64,000 bases of DNA from a virus: positions 32,001-96,000 of IMG/VR virus record IMGVR_UViG_3300042878_001826. One strand, given 5' to 3'. Below the pieces are notes generated by a model that saw only the letters and a program-made list of their open reading frames with translations, did not search any database and had not been told where the DNA came from. A program made the position numbers and the translations under genes. Positions 1-9,389 of the stretch are shown here, piece by piece (position 1 is the first letter of the stretch; each line of letters starts with the position of its first letter).

Positions 1-137
<137 letters not shown>

Positions 138-150
138 TTACTTTATACTT

Positions 151-190
151 TCAAATTACGTGCCAAAATATTTTTTATGACATTTTGTCA
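151..190 (-). promoter_or_regulatory. Putative sigma54-type -24/-12 promoter with adjacent palindrome, upstream of dnaK
   Basis: Minus strand TGGCAC-GTAAT-TTGA (165..151) versus consensus TGGCAC-N5-TTGC. Perfect palindrome TGACA-TTT-TGTCA at 178..190. Confidence 0.5.
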
Positions 191-364
191 GGCAATTGTC
201 AGTTTGCTTACAGATTGTTATATAAACAAAGGAAAAAAAGTTTAAAAAATATTCTGTCTACATGTCTTGCCATTGTTGACATGTTTTTCACAAACCCTTG
301 CCATGGTTGATAAATATCATTTTTTTTGATTTTTTTTTAATATATAATCAAAACTATTAAAAAG

Positions 365-2551
365 ATGGATAAATATAAAAACAAATCATCTATAAAAGCA
401 AAAATTGCACTTGGACTGGCAATTTTTGTCATGTCTATATTCTTCATCGTGAAGACTATGGTATTCATGGAAGAAATTCCATCAACTCCGATGACGAGAG
501 GAATAGAATATGGATGCTTTCTACTATTCATACCAATCTTTGGAGTATTCGCAAAGGAATTTCTAAAAAGAGGTAAAGAAGATGCCAAGCAAGGAATCTA
601 TCTAAAAAAACTAAACAATGTTCTTATAGAACAATCACATAATCATTTATTTTATGAAGGTGATGTAACTAATGGTGCAAAAGCTTTAGTAAAAGAAGTA
701 ACCAATTCAATCGATGCAGATAGATGTTCTATTTGGCTATACAACGAAGACAAGACTTCTATATTATGTGAACAGCTTTATGTAAAAGCAGAAGATAAGT
801 TCTACCAAAATATAGAACTTTTTGAAAAAGACTTTGGTGGATACTTTGAACATCTTACAATAGATCCTATAATAGTCGCAAATGATGCAGAGACACATCC
901 TGCAACAAAATGCTTTACAGAATCTTACTTAAAGCCACTTGGTATAAAGTCTATGCTAGACGTTCCAATCGTATATAAAGGAAAAGTTATAGGAGTTATC
1001 TGTATAGAAAACCTTATACTTAGAGAATGGCAAAAGGTAGAAGTTGACTTTGCACAAATGTTATCATCTTTATATTCGTTTGCTTATTCAGTAAGAGAAT
1101 CAAATATTGTTTCAAATGAACTTATTGAAATGGAGAGATTCATAGATGAGGCAAACATTATATCAAAGGCTGATAAAAATGGGAAGATAACATATGTGAA
1201 TAAAAAATTTACAGAAGTTTCTGGATGGACATTAGAAGAAGCTCTTGGTAAAGACCATAATAAAGTAAACTCCGATACATATACTAAAGATTCGGAAGAA
1301 GTACCATTTATCGCAATACCGCCAGAATTCTGGAATAACATGTATAATACCGTAATAAAAGATAAGAAAATCTGGAATGAAGTGGTTACCAACAAGAAAA
1401 AAGACGGAAGCCTTTACTATTTAGACACTTATATTAAGGCATCATTTGATAAGAATGATGTTCTAAAAGGGTTTACATCTATTAGACAAGATTTAACAGA
1501 ACTTAAAAATAAAGAAGTTGATATCAGCAACAGGATGAATGCGATAAACAGATCTAACGCAGTAATCGAATTTGATATGGAAGGAAACATAATATATGCA
1601 AATCATCAGTTCTTAGATACACTTGGATATTCTTTCGATGATATAAAGGGTAAAAAACATAAAATATTCTTAGAAGAAGAGTACAAAGACAGTAAAGAGT
1701 ATAAAGACTTTTGGCAAGTACTTAAAAATGGAGAATATTTTATGGGAGAAATAAGAAGAGTCAAAAAAGATGGTTCTATAGTATTTCTTCAAGCAACCTA
1801 CAATCCAATCATTGGAACGGATGGAAAGCCTTACCGAATAATGAAGATTGCAAACGATATAACACTTTCTGTAAAACAACAGATTGAGATTGAAAGAAAG
1901 AATACTTATTTAGAACACTCAGCTAAGATACTTAGACACGATATGCATAGTGGAATAAACACTTATATGCCAAGAGGTTTAAACTCATTAGAACGTAGAT
2001 TGACAGAAGACCAAATAAAAGAGTTAAAGATAGAAGCACCTATCAAAATGATTAAAGAAGGTCTTAGACATACACAAAAAGTTTATAAAGGTGTTTATGA
2101 GTTCACAAACCTTGTTAAGAAAGACGTTGTTTTAAATAAAGCAGAGTGTGATCTTAAAGCTATTTTAGAAGATTACTTATCAGCAACCGCTTATAAGAAC
2201 CAAGTAGTGATAGAGGATATTGGAACAGAGAATGTCAATGAAGCTCTTTTTTGTACGGCACTCGACAATCTTATCAGAAACGGATTGAAGTATAATGATA
2301 GTTCAAGTAAGGTTGTAAAGATATACAGAGTTGAAGATGTTCTTTTCGTAGAAGATAATGGTAGAGGAATGACTCAAGAAGATTTTAAAGCATTATCAGA
2401 ACCTTATACACGAAAAGAAGGACAGAAAGAAAGCGGGACCGGTTTAGGTTTAAATATATGTGTAGCAATTTTAGAAGAACATAAGTTCTCTATAACATGT
2501 GATAAACTACCTGAAGGTGGAACGCAACTAAAAATAAATATGAAAAAATGA
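365..2551 (+). CDS. Membrane-anchored sensor histidine kinase (2 TM, GAF, 2 PAS/PAC, HisKA, HATPase_c)
   Basis: GAF (ADRCSIWLY..LGIKSMLDVPI..VIGVICIE), two PAS/PAC domains (KKDGS), H-box ILRHDM, N-box LDNLIRNGLKY, G1 VEDNGRGM, G2 GTGLGLNIC. Confidence 0.95.
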   Translation: MDKYKNKSSIKAKIALGLAIFVMSIFFIVKTMVFMEEIPSTPMTRGIEYGCFLLFIPIFGVFAKEFLKRGKEDAKQGIYLKKLNNVLIEQSHNHLFYEGDVTNGAKALVKEVTNSIDADRCSIWLYNEDKTSILCEQLYVKAEDKFYQNIELFEKDFGGYFEHLTIDPIIVANDAETHPATKCFTESYLKPLGIKSMLDVPIVYKGKVIGVICIENLILREWQKVEVDFAQMLSSLYSFAYSVRESNIVSNELIEMERFIDEANIISKADKNGKITYVNKKFTEVSGWTLEEALGKDHNKVNSDTYTKDSEEVPFIAIPPEFWNNMYNTVIKDKKIWNEVVTNKKKDGSLYYLDTYIKASFDKNDVLKGFTSIRQDLTELKNKEVDISNRMNAINRSNAVIEFDMEGNIIYANHQFLDTLGYSFDDIKGKKHKIFLEEEYKDSKEYKDFWQVLKNGEYFMGEIRRVKKDGSIVFLQATYNPIIGTDGKPYRIMKIANDITLSVKQQIEIERKNTYLEHSAKILRHDMHSGINTYMPRGLNSLERRLTEDQIKELKIEAPIKMIKEGLRHTQKVYKGVYEFTNLVKKDVVLNKAECDLKAILEDYLSATAYKNQVVIEDIGTENVNEALFCTALDNLIRNGLKYNDSSSKVVKIYRVEDVLFVEDNGRGMTQEDFKALSEPYTRKEGQKESGTGLGLNICVAILEEHKFSITCDKLPEGGTQLKINMKK

Positions 2552-2985
2552 TAGATTCAATTTTATTAGTGGATGACGAAGATTTATTCCACTTAGTATT
2601 CGAAGACGCTTGTAGTCTTTTAGATATAACCCTTTCTTTACAAGGACTAAATAGTTCTGATGAAGCAGAAGGCCTTTTCAAAAAATGGTTTAATGAAGGA
2701 CCAATCGATGAAAAACCAGAGTGTGTATTCGTTGACTTAAACATTATTGGTTCATCTTTCGATGGGATTGAACTTATTCGTAAGATAAACTTTGAATATG
2801 GTAATCACGTAGTAATCGGAATTATATCTTCTTCTGACGAACCAACAGAACAAGCTAAAGCTATTTCAGCAGGTGCTCAATTCTGGATAATCAAATCTGA
2901 CGATATCGAACCAAGACTTGAAGAGTTCAGAAAAGACTATGATGGATATAAAAACAGAACGAACCCATTCAAGATTTATAAATAA
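2548..2985 (+). CDS. Single-domain response regulator (REC)
   Basis: ILLVDDED, phospho-Asp in FVDLN, ISSS and IIK motifs; overlaps the kinase stop (ATGA). Confidence 0.93.
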   Translation: MIDSILLVDDEDLFHLVFEDACSLLDITLSLQGLNSSDEAEGLFKKWFNEGPIDEKPECVFVDLNIIGSSFDGIELIRKINFEYGNHVVIGIISSSDEPTEQAKAISAGAQFWIIKSDDIEPRLEEFRKDYDGYKNRTNPFKIYK

Positions 2986-2988
2986 GTC

Positions 2989-3669
2989 ATGATAAAAATT
3001 GACAAAGCAACGAAAGAGGCATTATTGGATCTATATAAATCCAAAAAGATTGCATTAGAAGGAAATATCCTAAAGGTTATAGATTCTGATGGTGATTTAG
3101 AATTTGATACTTATGTAAAGGATTCGATTGAGAAAGACAAAGAGAATAGAAGAAAACGTCTTGATATAACCAAACAGATACAAAATAAAAACAAAGAGCT
3201 TTTAGAAGGTGAGGTTGAAAAAGAAAGAGTAAACTTAGAATTGGTTGCAGCTCTTGAAGAGGCGGAAGAATCTAAAAAAGAAGCAATAAGTGCTAAAGAA
3301 CAGGCAGAACTTGCCAAAGAAGAAGCTGAAACGGCTAGAGAAGAAGCTGAAGTTGCAAGAACAGAGGCAGAGAAGTCTAAGATTGAAGCAATAAACGCAA
3401 AGAATCTTGCAGAAGGTGATTTAGAACTTATGCAGAAAAGAACTCAGTTTGAGTTGATTGGAACTATTGTAAAGGTTGCACTTTGGGTTATCTTAGGAGT
3501 TGGTGTAATAACTACATTAGTTTTTATGATAGCACTCTTCGCCGGTAAGGATACCGCAGTTATTGGATCGACCTGGAGTAATATAATAGGAATACTTCTT
3601 ACGAACTCATTCAGTATTATAGGAACAATAATGGGTGTCAAATACGCATCCAGTGATAAAAAAGAATAA
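2989..3669 (+). CDS. Coiled-coil protein with two C-terminal transmembrane helices; third gene of the two-component operon
   Basis: E/A/K-rich heptads (EAEESKKEAISAKEQAELAKEEAE) followed by two hydrophobic segments; 3 nt after the regulator; followed by a terminator. Confidence 0.8.
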   Translation: MIKIDKATKEALLDLYKSKKIALEGNILKVIDSDGDLEFDTYVKDSIEKDKENRRKRLDITKQIQNKNKELLEGEVEKERVNLELVAALEEAEESKKEAISAKEQAELAKEEAETAREEAEVARTEAEKSKIEAINAKNLAEGDLELMQKRTQFELIGTIVKVALWVILGVGVITTLVFMIALFAGKDTAVIGSTWSNIIGILLTNSFSIIGTIMGVKYASSDKKE

Positions 3670-3700
3670 AAAAAAGTGTCAGATTTCTGACACTTTTTTT
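3668..3700. terminator. Bidirectional intrinsic terminator
   Basis: A-tract-GTGTCAGA-TT-TCTGACAC-T-tract between convergent genes. Confidence 0.85.
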
Positions 3701-3799
3701 ATTTTAACATCATATCCAGGTGCTGGACTATTCTTATTTGATATAGGAGTCCAAGCAGTTTCACCATCGGTGAATCTTTTAATACGTACTTTTCCTCGC

Positions 3800-4036
3800 T
3801 TACGATTTATTACACTGAACTTTCTTAACTTCATCTTCCCACTCTTTTTTTGATACAGACACCGTTGACTTATGAAAGTGTTCGTGTCCGATTCTTTGTG
3901 CTTCAGAACCTCTATCGAAGTCCCAAAACCTTGCTTCCGCCGAAGAACATTGTAGTGTGACCGTTTGTCCACCACCATCTGTCTTGTAAAGGTACTCTCC
4001 GCAAAGAGAGCACTTATACTTTTCGATCTTAGTCAT
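3800..4036 (-). CDS. Small Cys-containing (zinc-ribbon-like) hypothetical protein
   Basis: CSLC motif; TAATATATA-N4-ATG upstream (4049..4041). Confidence 0.65.
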   Translation of the reverse strand: MTKIEKYKCSLCGEYLYKTDGGGQTVTLQCSSAEARFWDFDRGSEAQRIGHEHFHKSTVSVSKKEWEDEVKKVQCNKS

Positions 4037-4046
4037 ATACTATATA

Positions 4047-5258
4047 TTAATCTGCGTTTTCGTCTTCTGCAACATCTATGAAGAAAAGAGACGCATCTCT
4101 TTCTTTCAAGAATTCTCTGGCGACTTTTAACTTTCTTGTTTGGTCTGAAACCCAGTCTTTAGCTAAGTCATAGACATCAGCATTTCCTTTTGATAAAGAC
4201 ATAACATATCCAAAGTTTCTTTCTTTCTTATATTTCAAAGCGAAAGTCTTTCTCATTAGTTGTAATCTTAAATCTCCAGTCCAGTCTTTACCTACACCAC
4301 CTTCTAAAAACAATTCGTAAGAGTTGTTTATATCTTTAACTTTTTCAGACACAGTGTGTTTTACAACAGCTATTATCTTTTCGATTCTAGCGTGTGCTTC
4401 AACTTCTTCTTCTGGTACTTGACCAAGAACGTCGTCTATTTTTTCATCCAAGACATATCTAACCAATACGTGTTCTCTGTATAAGTCGTTAGTCAATAAA
4501 CCATGTCTTTCACAATACCAAGCAGTCTTAACTTTTATGAAAAGTCCGTTGGAGAATTCTATGATCCATCCTTCTTTGTCCTCTACTGATTGAGACAAAT
4601 CAACAAGCTCGTCTAATGAAGCAACATCAGATGGTGCCACTTTCAAAGAACCTATTTCTTTAGAGAATTTAGACAAGTCTAAGTATTCTCCAGTTTTGTT
4701 ATCTCTTAATCTCAATAATATCAATTCTTCGTCTAAGTATCTTAAAACGATTCTGTTGTTTGGTGCAACATATTCGAATACAGCCACATAGTCTTTTTCT
4801 AAAGACCAGTCTACAAATCTTTTCAAATCTGCGTTTGATTTATACAATCTGTTCATACCGGCTGCTTGGTCAGATTCAAAAGACATTTTAGATTTACCCA
4901 ACACAGATCCGTTTGGTAATCTTATAAAGGACGCAACAGAACCATCTTCTTTGTTGTAGATAGATCTTATACCTAAATCAGCAACCAAAGAGTATTGAGA
5001 CTCTGGAACTTGGTTTAAGTTAAAGAATTTGTGTAGTAATAAATATCTGTTGAACAAAGAACCATCTTCGTTGAAGACAAAAGTCAAGCCTCTCATTTCG
5101 AATGCAGAGTTGTCTATGAAGTCAGAGTACATTGCTAAACGGTAGTTGAAGATAGATACATTATATCCTTCAACCACGAATTTTGATTCGTAGAATGGAG
5201 CATCTACACCTAAAGTAAGTGCAACCGCTTCGTCGTATGATAATAAGTATCTTTTCAT
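4047..5258 (-). CDS. T4 Rnl1/RnlA-like RNA ligase
   Basis: EMRGLTF, HKFFNLNQ, adenylation motif KEDGS, FEYVAPNNRIVLRY, EGWII, IKVKTAWY. Confidence 0.9.
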   Translation of the reverse strand: MKRYLLSYDEAVALTLGVDAPFYESKFVVEGYNVSIFNYRLAMYSDFIDNSAFEMRGLTFVFNEDGSLFNRYLLLHKFFNLNQVPESQYSLVADLGIRSIYNKEDGSVASFIRLPNGSVLGKSKMSFESDQAAGMNRLYKSNADLKRFVDWSLEKDYVAVFEYVAPNNRIVLRYLDEELILLRLRDNKTGEYLDLSKFSKEIGSLKVAPSDVASLDELVDLSQSVEDKEGWIIEFSNGLFIKVKTAWYCERHGLLTNDLYREHVLVRYVLDEKIDDVLGQVPEEEVEAHARIEKIIAVVKHTVSEKVKDINNSYELFLEGGVGKDWTGDLRLQLMRKTFALKYKKERNFGYVMSLSKGNADVYDLAKDWVSDQTRKLKVAREFLKERDASLFFIDVAEDENAD

Positions 5259-5279
5259 TTTCTATATATTTTTAATACA

Positions 5280-5309
5280 CAAAGATACGGATAATTTCGA
5301 TATATACAA
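5280..5309 (-). promoter_or_regulatory. Bacteroidota housekeeping-sigma promoter (TTG-N19-TAnnTTTG) for the RNA ligase
   Basis: Minus strand TTG (5309..5307), 19 nt, TATCTTTG (5287..5280). Confidence 0.75.
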
Positions 5310-5310
5310 T

Positions 5311-5820
5311 ATGAGTAGAAAATCATCAGTAAACAAAATAAAAAGAGATAACTCTAAGTCAAAAAACATCGAGTCTGCTATGTGTATGTATCTATATGAG
5401 AAATCACATTCACCAATCACTACAAGATTCACAGGAATGGGTCTTCAAGAGTGTGATGTAATATCTATATCAAAGTCTGACTACATATATGAATATGAGA
5501 TTAAAACCAGTAGAGCAGATTTCAAAAAGGATTTCATTAAAGAAAAACACACACATATAATAAACGAAAAGTACACACGAACTATAAAAGGACAGTTGAC
5601 ATATCTTCTTCCTAACTACTTTAGCTTCGTTACACCAAAGGATTTGATATCTGTCGATGAAGTTCCTGAGTATGCTGGTTTAATCTATATGAATGAAGAT
5701 TCTTCTTTTGAAGTTGTAAAGAAACCAAAGTTATTACATAAGACTAAGGCGAATGAAGAGTTCATAAGAAAATTAGCACATAATCTAAGTTGTAAACTAA
5801 TATTCAATAAGATTGCTTAG
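5311..5820 (+). CDS. PD-(D/E)xK nuclease-like protein (MmcB-like)
   Basis: ECDVISI..YEYEIKTSRADFKKDF..PNYFSFVTP..EVPEYAGLI pattern. Confidence 0.7.
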   Translation: MSRKSSVNKIKRDNSKSKNIESAMCMYLYEKSHSPITTRFTGMGLQECDVISISKSDYIYEYEIKTSRADFKKDFIKEKHTHIINEKYTRTIKGQLTYLLPNYFSFVTPKDLISVDEVPEYAGLIYMNEDSSFEVVKKPKLLHKTKANEEFIRKLAHNLSCKLIFNKIA

Positions 5821-6236
5821 GACTTCTTTTCTTTTTCGTATCTATCGATAACTCTTTTTCTAAGTTCTGTTGTAGAGAATGAATGTCTTCTGGTGTTATA
5901 GTACATTTCGATATGTTCTAAATTCTTACCAGTAAAATCTTTGTCTTTATATTCATCACCAACAACTCTTATATTTATAGGATAAGTGTATAAAATATCC
6001 AATAAATCTTTTTCTGTTGCATAAACAACCACTTCATCTACATACTTACACGAATCCAATTGTATAAATCTTTCGACAACACTTTGTATTGGTTTATTTT
6101 TTTCGGGTCTGTCAATAGTTGGGTCTGTTTGAAGTCCTACTATAAGATAATCGCATTTTGACTTTGCTTCTTTAAGCATCATTATGTGTCCTGCATGGAA
6201 TAAATCAAAGCAAGAGCAAGTGAATCCTGTCTTCAT
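5817..6236 (-). CDS. Cytidylyltransferase (TagD/glycerol-3-phosphate cytidylyltransferase-like)
   Basis: FDLFHAGH (HxGH), LIVGLQTD, YVDEVV, FSTTELR. Confidence 0.88.
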   Translation of the reverse strand: MKTGFTCSCFDLFHAGHIMMLKEAKSKCDYLIVGLQTDPTIDRPEKNKPIQSVVERFIQLDSCKYVDEVVVYATEKDLLDILYTYPINIRVVGDEYKDKDFTGKNLEHIEMYYNTRRHSFSTTELRKRVIDRYEKEKKS

Positions 6237-6472
6237 ATATTTAATAGGAATAGATTTATCATTCGATCAGTTTTATCGAATTGGTTTCCATCAGCATCTG
6301 TGATTTCTATAGTTCCAGTAGAGAAGTTCTCTATCAGAAAATAGTCGTTCAGTATGTCGTCGCTCTCACACTTCTCGAAAACAACATGTTCTTTGGTCTC
6401 CCAGACGTAGGAGATTCCAAGCTGTTCTTTTTGTCGGAACAGATTAGTGTTTGTTACCCTTTGTGAAATCAT
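6233..6472 (-). CDS. Hypothetical protein
   Basis: Part of a tightly coupled minus-strand gene run (ATGA overlaps). Confidence 0.6.
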   Translation of the reverse strand: MISQRVTNTNLFRQKEQLGISYVWETKEHVVFEKCESDDILNDYFLIENFSTGTIEITDADGNQFDKTDRMINLFLLNI

Positions 6473-6678
6473 AATATATTGATGTCTTTAGGTATCTGTT
6501 TTTCTGTTATTTCGTATTCCTTAACACCTGTTTTTGTGTTGTTTACAACAACAAATCTAAAAGTGGTTTTGTTCTCATATTTTCTTCGAACATGGTAATA
6601 CTCTTCTATAGAACTCGGTGTATGTACCGTGCCCAAATGCTTTCTATCTTCTGTATAATTCAATGTTTTCATAGTCAT
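6469..6678 (-). CDS. Hypothetical protein
   Basis: Coupled ORF with an AAAC-N15-CATATA element upstream. Confidence 0.6.
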   Translation of the reverse strand: MTMKTLNYTEDRKHLGTVHTPSSIEEYYHVRRKYENKTTFRFVVVNNTKTGVKEYEITEKQIPKDINIL

Positions 6679-6702
6679 TATATGATAAAATCCAAAAAGG
6701 TT

Positions 6703-6891
6703 TTATTCTATTGAAGACTTAGCCGCCTCATATTGCTTATCAGAAAGAACTTTTACGACTCTACCATTATGTTCTTCTTTTGTAAGATACTTGCTTGTTT
6801 TCAAAGTCTTTTGTAAAGAAAGCACGAAACTATTGTTTCCTTCATACTTTCTTATGAGCTTATTCATCTCAATTTTTTCTTCTATAGTCAT
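6703..6891 (-). CDS. Hypothetical protein (likely start MTIEEK at 6891)
   Basis: TTG-N19-TACTTTTG promoter (6937..6908) lies inside the longer predicted ORF, favouring the downstream ATG. Confidence 0.65.
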   Translation of the reverse strand: MTIEEKIEMNKLIRKYEGNNSFVLSLQKTLKTSKYLTKEEHNGRVVKVLSDKQYEAAKSSIE

Positions 6892-6968
6892 GTTATAGTA
6901 TTTTCCACAAAAGTATGAATAAACTTTGTACAATCAAACCTATATAAGAAGAAAAAATAGATTTATTT

Positions 6969-7457
6969 ATGATAATAAAAATACATCCAGAGGATATTAT
7001 TAAAAGATGCTTATGGGACCATTATGTTTACTACATATTGGGTGGGTCTGACAAAGAAGCAGAAAAGATTCTGAAGGAAAACGTTGAAGTTGAGGTTTCT
7101 GAAAAGGACGCGTTAGTTATCGGACTTTTAAAAGTAATCGAAACAGACAACCTTATACACAAGTTCAACGGATACGTAATGGAACTACTTACTAACAAAT
7201 CTTTAAAAGAAAAGGAACTTCTATTGGTAAGAAAGAAAGCTTTAGATGCTGCATTAGACAAGTTTGTAGATAAGTTTCCAGACTATTGGGAGCCGAGCAC
7301 AGGATACAGAAATGGATTGATAGACTTAGTAGAGTATGTAGAGAAGATTAAAAAGGACGTCGAAAAGTTAGAAGTTCATAAAATCGTAGATAAAAACGTT
7401 ACTTATGAGTTTTACAACTCAAACAACGTAAGAAAATTATTAAAATTCAATTATTAA
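6969..7457 (+). CDS. Hypothetical protein
   Basis: 162 aa ORF heading the grpE-dnaJ run. Confidence 0.75.
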   Translation: MIIKIHPEDIIKRCLWDHYVYYILGGSDKEAEKILKENVEVEVSEKDALVIGLLKVIETDNLIHKFNGYVMELLTNKSLKEKELLLVRKKALDAALDKFVDKFPDYWEPSTGYRNGLIDLVEYVEKIKKDVEKLEVHKIVDKNVTYEFYNSNNVRKLLKFNY

Positions 7458-7460
7458 GAA

Positions 7461-8000
7461 ATGAAAAAGGATAAAGTACAAGAACTAAATACCAAAGAGA
7501 TGAAAATAGATAGTAATACTATTGGACTTGATTTAACTGGTGAGAATGCTGTTGAGTTTGTATTAGAAGACAATCCAAGAGCACACGTTTCTGTTTTAGA
7601 AGAACAGTTGAAAGAAGAAAAGAATAAATATCTTCTTCTTTATGCAGACTTTGAAAACTACAAAAGAAGAGTTCATAAAGAGAAAGAAGAGTTGAAAAAC
7701 AATACCAAAGTTTCTATGATTACTTCTATCTTGGATATGGACAACGATATCGAACTTGCAATCAAAAACATCAAAGATGATTCTGCGAGAGATGGTGTTA
7801 TGCTTATATCGTCAAAAGTTCAGAACTTTTTGAAGACTCATGGTATTGAACCAATACAAACTGAAACTTATGACGAAGATCTTCACGAAGTAATCTCTGT
7901 TTTAGAGATTGGTGAGAATAAGATTGTCGATGTTGTTAGTAAAGGTTATACTTTAAACGAAAAACCTTTCAGATTCCCTAAAATCGTATTAGGAAAGTAA
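7461..8000 (+). CDS. grpE: Nucleotide exchange factor GrpE
   Basis: YLLLYADFENYKRR, YDEDLHEVIS, KGYTLNEKPFRFPKIVL. Confidence 0.92.
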   Translation: MKKDKVQELNTKEMKIDSNTIGLDLTGENAVEFVLEDNPRAHVSVLEEQLKEEKNKYLLLYADFENYKRRVHKEKEELKNNTKVSMITSILDMDNDIELAIKNIKDDSARDGVMLISSKVQNFLKTHGIEPIQTETYDEDLHEVISVLEIGENKIVDVVSKGYTLNEKPFRFPKIVLGK

Positions 8001-8525
8001 ATGGTTCCAAGAAGTCAGGATAGGAAAAGCATACTTGATCTGAAGAAGGATCCCGACTTCAGAAGCATGCTTGTCGACACGCTTTGTCAAGGAATAAGAC
8101 TTACTTCTGATTTCAGAGATATAGTAGACTATGTAATCGATAATAAGCTACACCTTTTTGAAACTGATGACTTCTCAGGCTCTTTCTACCCTGAAGATGA
8201 CGATACACTTGATTTAGTATTTCCTGCAATCAGGAGAGTCTGGGGAAAGGTGTTCGTTGATCCTCCAAAAATACTTAAAGACAAGAAGCTGGAATTGTTC
8301 CAGCTTCTTTTCGATATTGATGACTTTGTTGATTATTTGATTGAAATAATGCCTAAGGTCAAAACTTCTTTGATAGAATTTGATAAGTTAGATAGAACCG
8401 CAGAAACTTTGGTTCTAATCGTCGATAACTATATTGCAGGAATCTTAGAGTCAACTCGTAATAGAGACGATATACAAATGGAAATAAGGGATTTAAGAAT
8501 AAGTAAAACTTTGAAGAAATGGTAA
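8001..8525 (+). CDS. Hypothetical protein with C-terminal RDLRISKTL motif
   Basis: Operonic ORF carrying the shared C-terminal motif. Confidence 0.7.
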   Translation: MVPRSQDRKSILDLKKDPDFRSMLVDTLCQGIRLTSDFRDIVDYVIDNKLHLFETDDFSGSFYPEDDDTLDLVFPAIRRVWGKVFVDPPKILKDKKLELFQLLFDIDDFVDYLIEIMPKVKTSLIEFDKLDRTAETLVLIVDNYIAGILESTRNRDDIQMEIRDLRISKTLKKW

Positions 8526-8863
8526 GTTGGTATATAAAATGTAAAGGGTTTAAGAGTCAACAATATTTGAAGAAAGTAGAAGAGACTGTCGAACCATTTA
8601 TGGAATACTTTATAGGTAGAATCTCAGATATTGAAGAATATGACATCGACAAGATAGAAGAACTTTACAAAGAGATATTCGACGAACTACCAGTTATGAG
8701 ACTTCGTACAAATAAGGACTATAACTATTCTCCACAATCAAAGGAAATAGAAATATGGTTAGAATACAACAAAGAAACTGATATCATCTTTGTCGACCCT
8801 AAGAAGTCGATAAGAAGAGAGATACAACTAAACAACTTATTTAAGAATGATGAAAAAATATGA
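8519..8863 (+). CDS. Hypothetical protein with C-terminal RREIQLNNLF motif
   Basis: Operonic ORF carrying the shared C-terminal motif. Confidence 0.7.
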   Translation: MVSWYIKCKGFKSQQYLKKVEETVEPFMEYFIGRISDIEEYDIDKIEELYKEIFDELPVMRLRTNKDYNYSPQSKEIEIWLEYNKETDIIFVDPKKSIRREIQLNNLFKNDEKI

Positions 8864-9137
8864 TGACTTCAAAAAGGATAAAGAAGCTCTTTATCTTACG
8901 AAAGAAGAGATGACTACGGTCAAATGGACCAAATACGTTATCGTGGTACCCACAGAGGAAGACCGTAATGAACTTATGGAAGCATTTGAACACATTCACT
9001 ACTCTGACATAGATACAGACAACATAGCGGTCAACCAGCTTGCTCACGAGTATCTGGATGATGATAGAGAACCAGGAACCTACAACAATATAGTGGTAGA
9101 TCCGGCGGCCTATGAAAAACTAAGAGTAAAGAGATGA
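8847..9137 (+). CDS. Hypothetical protein
   Basis: Coupled ORF. Confidence 0.65.
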   Translation: MMKKYDDFKKDKEALYLTKEEMTTVKWTKYVIVVPTEEDRNELMEAFEHIHYSDIDTDNIAVNQLAHEYLDDDREPGTYNNIVVDPAAYEKLRVKR

Positions 9138-9373
9138 TTAGTAGAACTTATACTATAGATGTTGGTAAAATGAAACCATCTAAAAAGAAATGGTGGCAAA
9201 TCTGGAGAAAGAATGGAGATTCTGCTGAAGAAATCTTGAAAGATTTAGTTTCAATCTATTCCGAAAATATCAATTTCAAATCTTTTGAGAGAAAGAACTC
9301 TATACACAGAATATATAATATTGAACCAATACCATTAGATTTTAAAAAAGATTATTGGTTCCCTAACAGATAA
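9134..9373 (+). CDS. Hypothetical protein
   Basis: Coupled ORF; KKKWWQIW and RKNSIHRIY segments. Confidence 0.6.
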   Translation: MISRTYTIDVGKMKPSKKKWWQIWRKNGDSAEEILKDLVSIYSENINFKSFERKNSIHRIYNIEPIPLDFKKDYWFPNR

Positions 9374-9389
9374 AAAAACAATACAATAT

